A stretch of DNA of 64,000 bases from Octopus sinensis. Its lineage: Eukaryota. Positions 49,752-62,904 of the stretch are shown here, in pieces; position 1 is the first letter of the stretch, and each line of letters starts with the position of its first letter. Where the stretch lies: contig NC_042998.1 in assembly GCF_006345805.1 (NCBI RefSeq), forward strand, positions 21,204,001 to 21,268,000. The letters run 5' to 3'. The notes under the pieces were generated by a model that saw only the letters and a list, made by a program, of their open reading frames with translations, was not told the DNA's origin and did no database searches. Position numbers and translations under genes: made by a program.

Positions 49752-49916
49752 GCAAACACATCGGCCCGAAATGGAGATATAGCGTGTGCACTGGAAGCTA
49801 ACAACCAAGCAAGAAAATTTATCAAAATATCACTTATTGTTGGTACCATTATAGTTATCCTTTATACTGTACTGATAGTTTTAAGAGTTACTCAAGAAAC
49901 AACAGTTTACTACTAG
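49752..49916 (+). CDS. CD225/dispanin gene terminal exon (ANTSARNGDIACALEANNQARKFIKISLIVGTIIVILYTVLIVLRVTQETTVYY*)
   Basis: Acceptor ttatcttctAG at 49750-49751. Conserved GD..A..A...AR loop of the CD225 domain, then a C-terminal TM helix, TAG at 49914-49916. Confidence 0.92.
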   Translation, partial: ANTSARNGDIACALEANNQARKFIKISLIVGTIIVILYTVLIVLRVTQETTVYY

Positions 49917-50302
49917 ATAGTAGTCTTGTCCATAACTGAAAGAAGGCATTAGAAAATTCAGAAGATTCATATTTAATGAAGTGTTTTCAATTTTGCTTTA
50001 TCTCATGTTTAAGTCTAATCATATAAAATACTCTTAGAATTTCCAATCAACATGCATTTTATAACACTGGTCAACACATATGTTCTGGCACAAGGTTTAT
50101 CAATTATTTTTAGCAAATTTTAGCCTGCTGAATCCAGATCTGGCATCATATTTTGTCTACAACATCAGATTTTTGAAACATGAAATCTTTTAGTTTTGCT
50201 ATAAACAGCTATTCAATACTTATAATGGAAGAATTAAACTTACACAAATGCAATTTTTAATACACAATATGTCCTTTTTCAAATCTAATAAATCAAAACA
50301 CA

Positions 50303-50535
50303 AAGGCGGCGAGCTGGCAGAAACGTTAGCACGCCGGGCGAAATGCGTAGCAGTATTTCGTCTGCCGCTACGTTCTGAGTTCAAATTCCGCCGAGGTCGA
50401 CTTTGCCTTTCATCCTTTCGGGGGCGATTAAATAAGTACCAGTTACGCACTGGAGTGGATATAATCGGCTTAATCCGTTTGTCTGTCTTTGTTTGTCCTC
50501 TCTGTGTTTAGCCCTTTGTGGTAAGTAAAGAAATA
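50303..50535 (+). mobile_element. S2 SINE, full length
   Basis: aaggcggcgagctggcagaaacg..aaagaaata. Confidence 0.88.
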
Positions 50536-51124
50536 CATAATGGCAGATAAAATTCCACTGAGCCTTTGTCCCGCGTGATGTTTTAGATAATTCTAGTGAT
50601 AAAGGTTAGTAGTGAAAATTAAATTCAAATATTGACCACGAATGTAGAAGAATATGTGTCGTTGCTTTCATCCTTAAATATTCTTGGCCAACAAGGGGTT
50701 TGATATTTCTTTTGATATCGTCACAGAATAAGACGTGGAGTTCACGACAAACCTTGAAATAATTATACAATAATTAATTCCATTTTCAATTTATGTATTA
50801 AACTTTAGCCTATGTTATTCGTTTTAAAATGACATCTCAAAGTATTTACTCTAATAAAGATGATTCTACATTTTAACTAATACGTTTATAACTAAATGAA
50901 ATGATAGCATTTTAACATTGGTAAACGCACCAATAAATCACCTTGTACATTATATGTAATCAACATTCAATGAAATAAAGCATTAAACTCTTCGTCAAAA
51001 ATTATGTTGTGGCTTTATGACTTAAGAAATTTTAATAACACCTTGTGCCTTCATTATCATCATCATCATCACCACCACCACGATCATCATCATCATCATC
51101 ATCATCATCACCACCACCACCACC

Positions 51125-51158
<34 letters not shown>

Positions 51159-51179
51159 TCATCATTATTATTATTATTG

Positions 51180-51394
51180 AGTGAGAGAGCAGTTCATGCC
51201 ATGAAAGTGACACTGGGGTAAAATATACGAAGCCCAATATACCCATCATGACCACCCATCTGATAAGGGTACACCAGGCACATGCATCACAACCATATGT
51301 GCGAGACATGGTGATCTCATATCAAGATAAACAGCACATGACCTTGCAGGTGGGGCCCAGTTAGAATTTTCTTCAGGTTGAGTAGCCCATCCCG

Positions 51395-51397
<3 letters not shown>
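51180..51397 (-). mobile_element. Retroposon 3' end with (AAT)n tail
   Basis: Reverse complement ends ctctcactcaataataataat; resembles RTE-type 3' ends as I recall them; no ORF motif seen. Confidence 0.45.
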
Positions 51398-51465
<68 letters not shown>

Positions 51466-51467
51466 CA

Positions 51468-51833
51468 TACGACAACAGATTAGACTGTTGGAAAAGGAAA
51501 AACCTAACATCGGGCTACACCAAGTAACCTTAAATGCCAAGATTCCTCCTAAGTATCCTACCTGTCCCTAATAACACTGTTTTCTGCAGCTGTACTACAC
51601 TAGGTTTTATGCCTATTTCCTCTATCCATACGTTCAAATATTTAGGGATAGTTCCCAATGCCCCTATACTGGGATACATTTTACTCGTACTTTCCATTGT
51701 CTCTGTAATTCAATGCCTAGGTCCTGGTACCTTACTATTTTTACTATACCTTTCATATTAATTTTTACATCATTTGGGATTGTAAAGTCAATTATCTGGT
51801 GCTTTCTATTCTCTTTATCTACTACTACTACTG

Positions 51834-51892
<59 letters not shown>

Positions 51893-51911
51893 ACTACTAC
51901 TGCTGCTGCTG

Positions 51912-51959
<48 letters not shown>

Positions 51960-52165
51960 TACTAATACTACTACTACTACTACTACTAAATCAGGCCTTC
52001 TCGCTTCTGTTCCTTAAGTCCCACAGCTTATATTTCTTACTTTCGAGTATTTTACTAGGTTCATGTTCATACCATTTATCAGTATGGTCTAATCCTAGCT
52101 TTCTGCATAACTCCCAGTGGATTACGCTCCTCAGGTTGGCATGTCTTTTCTTCTATCTTTTCTAA
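51468..52165 (-). mobile_element. R4/Dong-type LINE 3' fragment interrupted by (TAG)n, followed by a (TAA)n tail
   Basis: IHWELC..WYEHEP..RPDL[VVV..]DKENRK..IIDFTIP..QKTVLLGTGRILRR. Confidence 0.78.
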
Positions 52166-52187
52166 GCCAGCATACTACATTCATTTA

Positions 52188-52478
52188 CTAGAGGTGTAGT
52201 CAAAACGTACCCGAACGTTGGCCAAAATCAAGTAATATTAAAAAACTCACTAGTTTGATTTAGTCTCTTTTAAAGTATTCGCCTTGGGCGTCTACACACT
52301 TCTGACAGCATTCCTTCCACTTCTAAAAATCACTTTTTGGTGTGCTGTAGAGCTGTGAATCGAATTTTGCTTAATGTTTTCTGTTGACTAAAATCTTCTC
52401 CCCTTGAGTGTATTTTTGAGCTTTGGGCGTAGCCAAAAGTCACTTGGAGCCAAGTCTGAGGAGTAGGAAGCCTGACGA
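52188..52478 (-). mobile_element. Mariner remnant (C-terminus + TIR)
   Basis: YSSDLAPSDFWL.PKLK..LKGRRF (YSPDLAP motif); TA + ctagaggtgtagtcaaaa TIR-like end at 52186-52205. Confidence 0.75.
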
Positions 52479-52647
52479 ATAAGTGTAGTAGTAGTAGTAG
52501 TAGTAGTAGTAGTCGTAGTAGTAGATAAAGAGAATAGAAAGTACCAGATAATTGACTTTACAATCCCGAATGGCTGCACTAACGCAAGGGTTAATATGAT
52601 TAATAAATTCATTGATACGAACAATCTAATTTTTATTACAATACATA

Positions 52648-53009
52648 CTAGCAGTATCGCCCAGCGTTCCTCGGGTTTGTTTCGACCCTTTAGAATTGGA
52701 ATTTTTGAAAAGTACAAGTTTTTCATTATGTAGCTTGTTATTCTCTTTAAGTGGACATTTTTCTGGTTAAAATACACCGAAGAATGGCGACACAGCAGTC
52801 AAAAAATCGTAAAAAATAGGGATTTTCAAAGAAAAAAAGCACCTTTTTGATGTAAATAATTTTTGGTGTTAATATGATCCGATTTGAATTTTTTCTTCAT
52901 ACTCTCAATTTTGGTCAACTTGCGCCACAGGGTCTCGGAGGAGATAGTATTAGTTGAAGGCTGCCAAACCTGCCATACACAGACAACTTCAGCTTTATAT
53001 ATATAGGGA
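52648..53009 (-). mobile_element. Non-autonomous Helitron (type A)
   Basis: Same ends and interior as the other type A copies. Confidence 0.8.
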
Positions 53010-54381
53010 TTAAGAGAGATTTAGTAAGCAGTGGTGGAACATGGAGTTTGTAACCTTGGTAGTCATTAGCAAGTGATTTAATTTTTAATCGCTTAAATGT
53101 TTGGGTCTTTTGCAATTTTGCCCCCACGTGTGCCTATGAGGGAAGATATATTTAGGAACGTGTAGACCTTTACTTGTTCATCTAGTATTAACACTACTTG
53201 GAATTTTGCTGGCTATTTAGGATGTCAGATTCAGCGTTATATTTCGGAGGTAACTTCCACTAGCATGCATCGCCCATATAAGTTGTCTCCCCTTTACTAT
53301 AAAGAAAATTACAGCCGTTTAGCTAATAGTATTTATCTTTTTATTTTATTTTCATTTATGTTATGTTGAGATGTAGAAGGGCGTAAGCGGCTTCGTGCTT
53401 ATGCCCTTCCATTACGGACAACAAGTGGTGGTATCTAGAATATTTCAGTAAGTTTACCATAGGCGCAGGAGTGGCCGTGTGGTAACTAGCTTGTTTACTA
53501 ACTACATGGTTCCGGGTTCAGTCCCACTGCGTGGCACCTTGGGCATGTGTCTTCTACTATAGCCTCGGGCCGACCAAAGCCTTGTGAGTGGATTTGGTAG
53601 ACGGAAACTGAAAGAAGCCCGTCGTATATATGTATATATATATATATATGCGTGTGTGTGTTTGTCCCTGATGCTGGTGTGTTTATGTCCCCGTTACTTA
53701 GCGGCTCGGCAAAAGAGACCGATAGAATAAGTATTGGGCTTACAAAAGAATAAGTCCCGGGTCGATTTGCTCGACTAAAAGGCGGTGCTCCAGCATGGCC
53801 GCAGTCAAATGACTGAAACAAGTAAAAGAGTAAAGCGAGTAAGAGTACATAACAAAATGATAAAGAGTTATAGCAGCCGGATATATATAACTCTTATTTA
53901 CGTGTAAGCAATGCATGAACTCATGTATGTTACAAAGTATTTGATAAAGAACAATATCAACTTCAAACAGGTATCCGTCTCACATTAGGAAGTTGACTTA
54001 TGACGTCACTGATATAAACTATTGTTTACTCAGTCCAAAGTCTACAACCAGTAGAATAGTTATATTTTCACGCGCAAGTCAAGTAATATCACTAATTTTG
54101 TCAGCTTATACCATTTCATTCTTCTATAGCTAAATCCACTTCACGCAGCAGCTTCTCTTCACAAATATGGATTTAAGTAAGTATATATTATTGACTTTTA
54201 TATAATTCTTCATTATATATTCTCAACCATACTTAAATGGCTCTATAACACTTGTGTAAAAAAAATACGTTAATAATTCACTAGTCCTCTGTCAGTTCAC
54301 AGAAGTTAAAGAATATTGTAATATACCTTCAGTTAATTAGATTCAAATTAGATCAAATAAATTTATAGCTGAAATATTTCT

Positions 54382-54427
<46 letters not shown>

Positions 54428-54573
54428 CAAATATACACGTTTTATTTATTATTTTGCACGTTACTTAATCATCGGTATAATGTTATTTTATATTTAAATT
54501 TCTATTATATGTAATTTTCTAGATGTGTAATTTAATTGTTCATTTTGAATTGATAAAAGATGTTTTCTTTTCC

Positions 54574-54669
<96 letters not shown>

Positions 54670-54672
<3 letters not shown>

Positions 54673-55057
54673 CTTAGAATAACTTAGAAAGGTTTTGGCC
54701 AGTATTGGCCCAGGCCATGTCTAACTTAATAGCACCACCTGGCGAAGTCTTTCAATCAGGATTTGGGCACCAAGGCCCATTCGAGCAGAGAGTTATTGTT
54801 TGCGGAGACATCCGGGTGTGGGGGGTTTGTCCGGGACTGTTTGAAGGAATTTGTCCAAAGACTTCTTTAATTTTGTGTGGTCAGTTTCTTTTTGACGTGT
54901 CTGGTGTAATGTTGAAGAGAGCGGGTCCAAGTGAGGTGAACTAGTTGTGCCGTATTGTCGTTATGTGATGCGATTTAGATTTTTGTGTGGACGGATGGCA
55001 CGTGGTCCAAGCCTTGGATGTATTTTGAAGGTGATACTAACATCATTCGGACAACCA
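54670..55057 (-). mobile_element. CR1-type LINE 3' end
   Basis: KKSLDKFLQTVPDKP..NNSLLEW, tail aggtggtgctattaagttagacatggcc and (ttctaagtta) terminal repeats. Confidence 0.78.
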
Positions 55058-55268
55058 TATATATATATATATATATATACATACATATATATATATACAT
55101 ATAGATATAGTACATATATATATTATATATACATATATATATACAGACATATATATATACATATATATACATATATATATACACATAATATACATACATA
55201 TATATATATACATATATATATACGTATATATATATACATATATATATATATATAGACGTATATATAAC

Positions 55269-55299
<31 letters not shown>

Positions 55300-55732
55300 C
55301 TATATATATATATACATATATGTATAATACATATATATATACATATATGTATATATACATATATTATAACATATATATATATATACATATTAAGAATATA
55401 CATATAGATATAGACTATATATATACATAAATATATATACATATGTATATATTACAGATATATATATATAAATATTATATATACAGAGATATATACAGAT
55501 TATATTATATATATATATATATACATATAAATATATACATATATTACATATATATAATATATATATCACATATATATTATACATATATACATATATATAT
55601 ATTACATATATATATTATACATATATATATACATAGATATAGATAACATATATATATACATATATATATATATACATATATATATATACGTATTATAATA
55701 TATATATACAGATATATATAGATACATATATA

Positions 55733-55772
<40 letters not shown>

Positions 55773-55860
55773 CATACATATATACATACATATACATACA
55801 TATATATATATAGAGACATATATATATGCATATATATTATATATATACATATATATATAC

Positions 55861-55892
<32 letters not shown>

Positions 55893-56646
55893 TATATACA
55901 TATATATATATATACATATATATATACATATATATATATATAGATACATATATATGCATATATATACATATAGAGATACATATATATATATATACATATA
56001 TATATATACATATATATATACATATATATATATATATAATATATATATATATATAATATATACATATATATATATACATATATATATACATATATATATA
56101 TAATATATATATACATATATATATATACATATATATATACATATATAATATATAATATATATACGTACATATATATATACACACATATATATATATAAAC
56201 ACAATATATATATACATATATACATATACACACACATATATTATATATATATATACACATATATATATATATACATATATATATATATTAACATATATAT
56301 ATAACATATATTATACACACATATAATACACATTATATATATATACATATACATATATATATATCTATATACAGATATATATATACATATTACATATATA
56401 TAGATATATAAATATATATATGACATATACATATATATACATAATAATATATACACATATAGTATGTACATATATATATATATACATATAGGAGATAAAT
56501 AAAAAATATGCATACATACAAACATATATGTACGTACCTACATCTACAGTATATATACATGCATATAAAAATAATTATACGGGAGTACAGGACATCACAA
56601 GAAGACGTAGAAACGGAAAAAAAGCCAAAAAACAAAAAACAAGAAA

Positions 56647-56697
<51 letters not shown>

Positions 56698-56698
56698 C

Positions 56699-56731
<33 letters not shown>

Positions 56732-56873
56732 CATTTATATATATATATATATTTATATCTATATATACATATTATATATATATATTATATATATATTATG
56801 TATATATATACGTATATACATATATATAGATATAGATACACATATTTTATATATATGTATATATATATATATA
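55058..56873. repeat. (TA)-rich simple-repeat array
   Basis: About 1.8 kb; another such array at 58390-59380. Confidence 0.95.
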
Positions 56874-57181
56874 ATGAGGGTAAAATTAATTATTAATCAA
56901 TTTCACAAAGTATTCAGTATGCAAAGGACCATTTAAGCGAATTCAAATTATTACATTATATAAAAAGGGGCTTAGTAAAAAAATACTTTGCCGCATACTG
57001 AACTCATTAGAAATAGCAGCCAAAAAAAAAAAAACTTTTCTAAAACTATTTCTAATACTTGAGAGAGGTTTTCTTTAAGTATTAGAAAAGTTTTAAAAAG
57101 TTTTTTTTTGGCTGCTGTTTCTAATGAGTTCAGTATGCGGCAAAGTAATTTATTTTACTAAGCCCCTTTTATATAATGTAA
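56874..57181. repeat. Foldback element with tail (same family as 5694-6112, opposite orientation)
   Basis: Tail 56874-56932; arms 56951-57060 / 57077-57181. Confidence 0.8.
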
Positions 57182-57201
57182 ATATATATATATAGATTAT
57201 A

Positions 57202-57293
<92 letters not shown>

Positions 57294-57336
57294 TATATAT
57301 ATATATAATATGTATGTATGTATGTAGTATATATAT

Positions 57337-57382
<46 letters not shown>

Positions 57383-57384
57383 GT

Positions 57385-57738
57385 GAAGGCGCATGGCTCA
57401 GTGGTTAGAGCGTCGAGCTTACGATTGTGAGGTTGTGAGCTCGAATCCCGGACCGGGCTGCGGGTTGGGTTCTCGAGCAAAACACTTTATTTCACGTTGC
57501 TCCAGTTCACTCAGCTGTAGAAATGAGTAGCGACGTCACTGGTTCCAAAGCTGTATCGACCTTGTCTTTCCCTTGAGAAACACCTGGTGGCGTGGAGAGG
57601 GGAGGGGAGGCTGGTATGCATGGGCGACTGCTGGTCTTCCATAAACAACCTTGCCCGGACTTGTGTCTAGGAGGGTAACTTTCTAGGTGCAATCCCATGG
57701 TCATTCATGACCGAAGGGGGTCTTTACCCTTTACCCCT
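57385..57738 (+). mobile_element. tRNA-derived SINE, family S4, with a distinct LINE-like tail
   Basis: gaaggcgcatggctcagtggttagagcg (A box), gctcgaatccc (B box), tail ending (tttaccc)n. Confidence 0.75.
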
Positions 57739-57741
57739 GTA

Positions 57742-57807
<66 letters not shown>

Positions 57808-58098
57808 CACAATTCATAAATGAATTGTTTATAATTTTAACCTTTAAAGGTATTTTTTAATATGCTGGCCATTGATAAAATTTTTTGGGAAAATAATTTT
57901 ATCCCACGTTAGATATAAATTTAAGCGTTCACTTCCGGACTCTTTCACTCTGTGAGAGCATCAGTTCAAATTGCACGTGTCTCGAATGGGCTAGAGTATT
58001 TCTATTTTGGATGTATTTGGGGTATTTAATTGTGGTCATGACTTAGTGTTTGCTTCTTCCATGGGTATGAGTAAGTATCTCATTTATTTCTTTTGACA

Positions 58099-58157
58099 CA
58101 TGTATCACTGACGAAGGGAGGGCTGTTATAAACTAACCCTGAAATCGGTCCTATATG
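58099..58157 (+). ncRNA. Hammerhead ribozyme motif, stem I imperfect
   Basis: CATGTAtca-CTGACGA-AGGG..CCCT-GAAA-TCGG-TC-cTATATG. Confidence 0.45.
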
Positions 58158-58661
58158 GTAATAATGGAATTTTTTAGAATTTCTGTCCACCTTTTTTCGA
58201 GTAGCGGTGCGTATGTGAAAAAAATTATATGGGTAATGACAATATGTCCAACTTTTCGGCTATTTGGCATTAGAAATTTTTTCGTTTGCCCTATTTATGA
58301 ATTGTTTATAATTTTAACCTTTAAAGATATTTTTAATATGCTGGCCATTGAAAAATTTTTTTGAAAAAATTTTATCCTACATTAGATATATATATATATA
58401 AATATTATATATATATATATATTATATATATATATATATACATATATAATATACATATATATATATATCTATATATATATATATTATATATATATATACA
58501 TATATATATATACATATTATATATATACAATATATATACATATATAGATATTATATACATATATATATATACATATTATATATATATATATATAATATAT
58601 ATACTATACTATATAATATATATTATATACATATAATATATATATTATATATATATACATA

Positions 58662-58702
<41 letters not shown>

Positions 58703-58715
58703 ATATATATTATCT

Positions 58716-58746
<31 letters not shown>

Positions 58747-59109
58747 TATTATATACATACATAATTATATTATATATATACATAAATATATATATTATAC
58801 ATTATATATATATATATATATTGACTATTTATTAAAAATTTATGTATTGATTAAGTCTTTCCTTGTTTGTTTTGCAAAATAGTGGTTTTGGTCTCTAATA
58901 TATTTTATAATATTTTACTATAAAATTGGATTTAATCCTAAATCTGATTTTTTTCCCTGTAAATTTGGATTTATTCCCTAATATTTATTATTTTTATATA
59001 TATATATAATAATATTATACATATATATATATATATATACATAATATATTATATATATATATACATATTATATATATATATACATATAATATATATATAT
59101 TATATATAC

Positions 59110-59150
<41 letters not shown>

Positions 59151-59153
59151 CAT

Positions 59154-59190
<37 letters not shown>

Positions 59191-59196
59191 TTATCT

Positions 59197-59235
<39 letters not shown>

Positions 59236-59273
59236 TATATATATACATATATATATATATACATATATATTAT

Positions 59274-59331
<58 letters not shown>

Positions 59332-59344
59332 CATATATATATAA

Positions 59345-59377
<33 letters not shown>

Positions 59378-60193
59378 CATAGATCTAGTCTTTCTCATTC
59401 GCAACATGAGACCTTGGGTAATTTTAGCCAATCAACAGACAGTGTAGCATTAGCAGCATGTTTCCACACTTAATTGGGCCCTTTTAAAGCCTAGCCAGGC
59501 TCATGAGCCCGGTTTCCCGGTTTCTATGGCGTATGTATTCCCCAGCTGGACAGGACGCCAGTCCATCGCAGCGTTACTCACTTTTGCCAGCTGAGTGGAC
59601 CGGAGCAACGTGAAATGAAGTGTTTTGCTCAAGAACACAACGCGCCGCCCGGTCCAGGAATCGAAATCACAATCTTACGATCATGATGCTGACACCCTAA
59701 CCACTAAGCCACGCACCTCCACAACGTCAAATGTGGTGTATATATAAACAATATATATGTCTATATCTATATCCATCTATTAATTGTTCATGGTAGAAAA
59801 ATTATTATAAGTTTTCTTTTCTTTTTTTATATATATTTGTTCAGTCATTTGACTGCGGCCATGCTGGAGCACTGCCTTTAGTCGAACACGTCGACTCCAG
59901 TACTTATTCTTTGTAAGCCTAGCACTTATTCTATCGGTCTCTTTTGCCGAACCGCTAAGTTACGTGAGCACACCAACATCGGTTGTCGAGCGATGATGAA
60001 CCCAGAACCATGTGGTTGGCAAGCAAGCTACTTACCACACAGCCACTCCTGCACCTAAGTTGTTGAAATATAGTTTTTTTTTGTCGTGAGAATCAAAGAA
60101 ACCCAAGAGAGACAGACCACTCCTCTCCACATTTTTCCGTCTTCAATCCAAAACAATCTTCCCACCCACCGAGAAATTAAGTTTGAAAACAAA

Positions 60194-60260
<67 letters not shown>

Positions 60261-60475
60261 TTCTTCCAAAGTAATATTGACATTTTCATCATTTGGGTTA
60301 CTCCTTTACTCCTTTACTTATTTCAGTCATTTGACTGTGGCCATGCTGGAGCACCCCCTTTAGTCGAGCAAATCGACTCAAGGACTTATTCTTTGTAAGC
60401 CAAGAACTTATTCTATCGGTCTCTTTTGCCGAACCGCTTAGTTACGGTGACCTAAACACACCAGCATCGGGGGGA

Positions 60476-60530
<55 letters not shown>

Positions 60531-62440
60531 CAAATCCACTCACAGGGCTTTGGTCGGCCCAAGGCTACAGTAGAAGACACTTGCCCAATGAGCCACGCAG
60601 TGGGACTGAACTTGGGACCATGTGGTTCGTAAACAAGCTACTTACCACACAGCCACTTCTACGCCTATATTTCTTATTACCTTCATTTTTTAAAAGTATT
60701 TTTATAGCAAATTAAGTTAATTAGTGTAAAAATAATCAGTAATTGAGCATTAATTATCAAAGGTGCGTTGCTAATTAAGATCATTTCACAAAAAATATAA
60801 GATACCGGTATTCTTTTTCTTCGGACAAATTCTTTGTTGACCAGTATTATTCATATCGTGAGACAGACGCCGCCCCCTTTTCACACACACACACACACAC
60901 ATACACATAAATTTATTATTTTATTGCCCACAAGGGGCTAAACACAGAGAGGACAAACAAGGACAGACAAACTGATTAAGTCGATTATATCGATCCCAGT
61001 ACGTAACTGGTACTTAATTTATCGACCCCGAAAGGATGAAAGGCAGAGTCGACCTCGGCGGAATTTGAAATCACAATGTAACGGCAGACGAAATACCTAT
61101 ATCTTTACTAACCACAAGGGGCTAAACACAGAGAGGACAAACAAGGACAGACAAACGGATGAAGTCGATTATATCGATCCCAGTACGTAACTGGTACTTA
61201 ATTATCGACCCCGAAAGGATGAAAGGCACAGTCGAGCTCGGCGGAATTTGAACTCAGAACGTAACGGTAGTCAAACACGCTAAGCATTTTGCCCGGCGTG
61301 CTAACGTTTCTGCCAGCTCGCCGCCTTAACATGCACTTATATATTAATGATGTGTACACAAAGGTACATGACAGGTAATCATAATCTGAAAATATGCATA
61401 AAGTAAACACATGCAAATATATTATTACAAATTAAAAAATTATAAAACCATACAGTCAAGGAAAAGTTAAACGAAACAGTAAGATGATACATGTTGATTT
61501 TATTAGGTATTTCTGTTTATTTAGAAACCTACAAGGAACAGGTCAGATGCTACAATCTTATATTTGACATTGCTCCGCTAAGCGCAGAAAATTTCTGTCT
61601 CGTTATTGGCTAAAAATATACAGTTTTTTCGATTTTTAAACCTCTGTAACTTTTTCCTCCAATGTTTTTCTCCACAACATCATTCCTTCAAAGCAATGAG
61701 ACTGGGTGTTTAAAATTTTATTTTTGGTTCATTAGCAGCAAAAATGTCAATATCAGAAACTCTGAGTTGCTGCGGTACTTTAAACGATCACTTTGAACTG
61801 TTCTTTCTTTTTATCCATTAAACAATAGTATTAAGATAAATATTCTTAACAGGCGTAGGAGTGGCTGTGTGGTAAGTAGCTTGCTTACCAACCACATGGT
61901 TTCGTGTTCAGTCCCACTGCGTGAACGTATCTAGAGCAGGATACAACCAAAAAATTACCTTTATTGATAAAGAGGACTTACAAATTCATAATAATTTAAG
62001 TAGCAATAACCACGTAAACAACAGTAGGGATCGCGCCGATAATAGACGTAGGAGTAGATTTAATGTGACATCTTATCTAAATGGTAATTAGAACAAGGAT
62101 AAGTACATAGACCAAAACATACATAACTCTGATAAGATAATTTTAGATTAAAACTAGGAAGCATACAATTAGTAACATTGACAAAGAGAACTTACTATTC
62201 CCTAATAATAAAAAAAGTAACAATTGCCACGTAAACAAACAATAGAGATCACGCCAGGAAATAATAGTAGAAGTAGATTTACGATGACAAAATCTCCTAA
62301 TGAAATTAAGAATAAATAGGAACATTGAACTGAATACAGGTAATACGGATAACATAAAAACTTTGAGAAAAATAAGAAACATGCAAATAAGAACATTAAT
62401 AAATACATCGACTCTGGTGAGAGTAGGAACGATTCAAATA

Positions 62441-62540
62441 NNNNNNNNNNNNNNNNNNNNNNNNNNNNNNNNNNNNNNNNNNNNNNNNNNNNNNNNNNNN
62501 NNNNNNNNNNNNNNNNNNNNNNNNNNNNNNNNNNNNNNNN
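62441..62540. other. Assembly gap (100 N)
   Basis: Run of N. Confidence 1.
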
Positions 62541-62734
62541 GGCAGTAACATACATTGATTATGTAAACCAAAAGAAGTTTACATAGATAACGCTTTTATA
62601 TTGTATTTTACTTTTGTTTATGTTTTTTGTTTTAACCTTAAAGTGTATTCTTATTTTTTAATATCACTTTTTGGAATATATTAGCATACATATACATACA
62701 ATAAAAAAATATATTTCTCAATTTTCTTAGTTGA

Positions 62735-62895
62735 TATAGGCTGTGTGGCAAGAAATTTGCTTCTCAATCACATGGTTCTGAGTTCAGTTCCAATGCATGG
62801 CATCTTGAGCAAGTGTCTTCTACTATAGTCTCGGGTCGACCAAAACCTTGTGAGTGGATTTGGTTGACGGAAACCGAAAGAGGGCCGTCGTATAT
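62735..62895 (+). mobile_element. S1 SINE 5' half
   Basis: Matches S1 head. Confidence 0.75.
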
Positions 62896-62904
62896 ATATA
62901 TATA

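Larger units (their letters stand above)
53460..61925 (+). repeat. Segmental duplication, collinear with ~17436-25290
   Basis: Same order of non-TE flanks and SINE insertions: 53700-54580 = 17440-18390; 57805-58380 = 19395-19760; 59380-59465 = 19755-19845; 59470-61750 = 20895-23375; 61751-61925 = 25131-25290. Confidence 0.88.

Noticed and set aside
50287-50292. AATAAA as the dispanin poly(A) signal
   Set aside because: The hexamer is frequent in this AT-rich DNA; it cannot be assigned without 3' end data.
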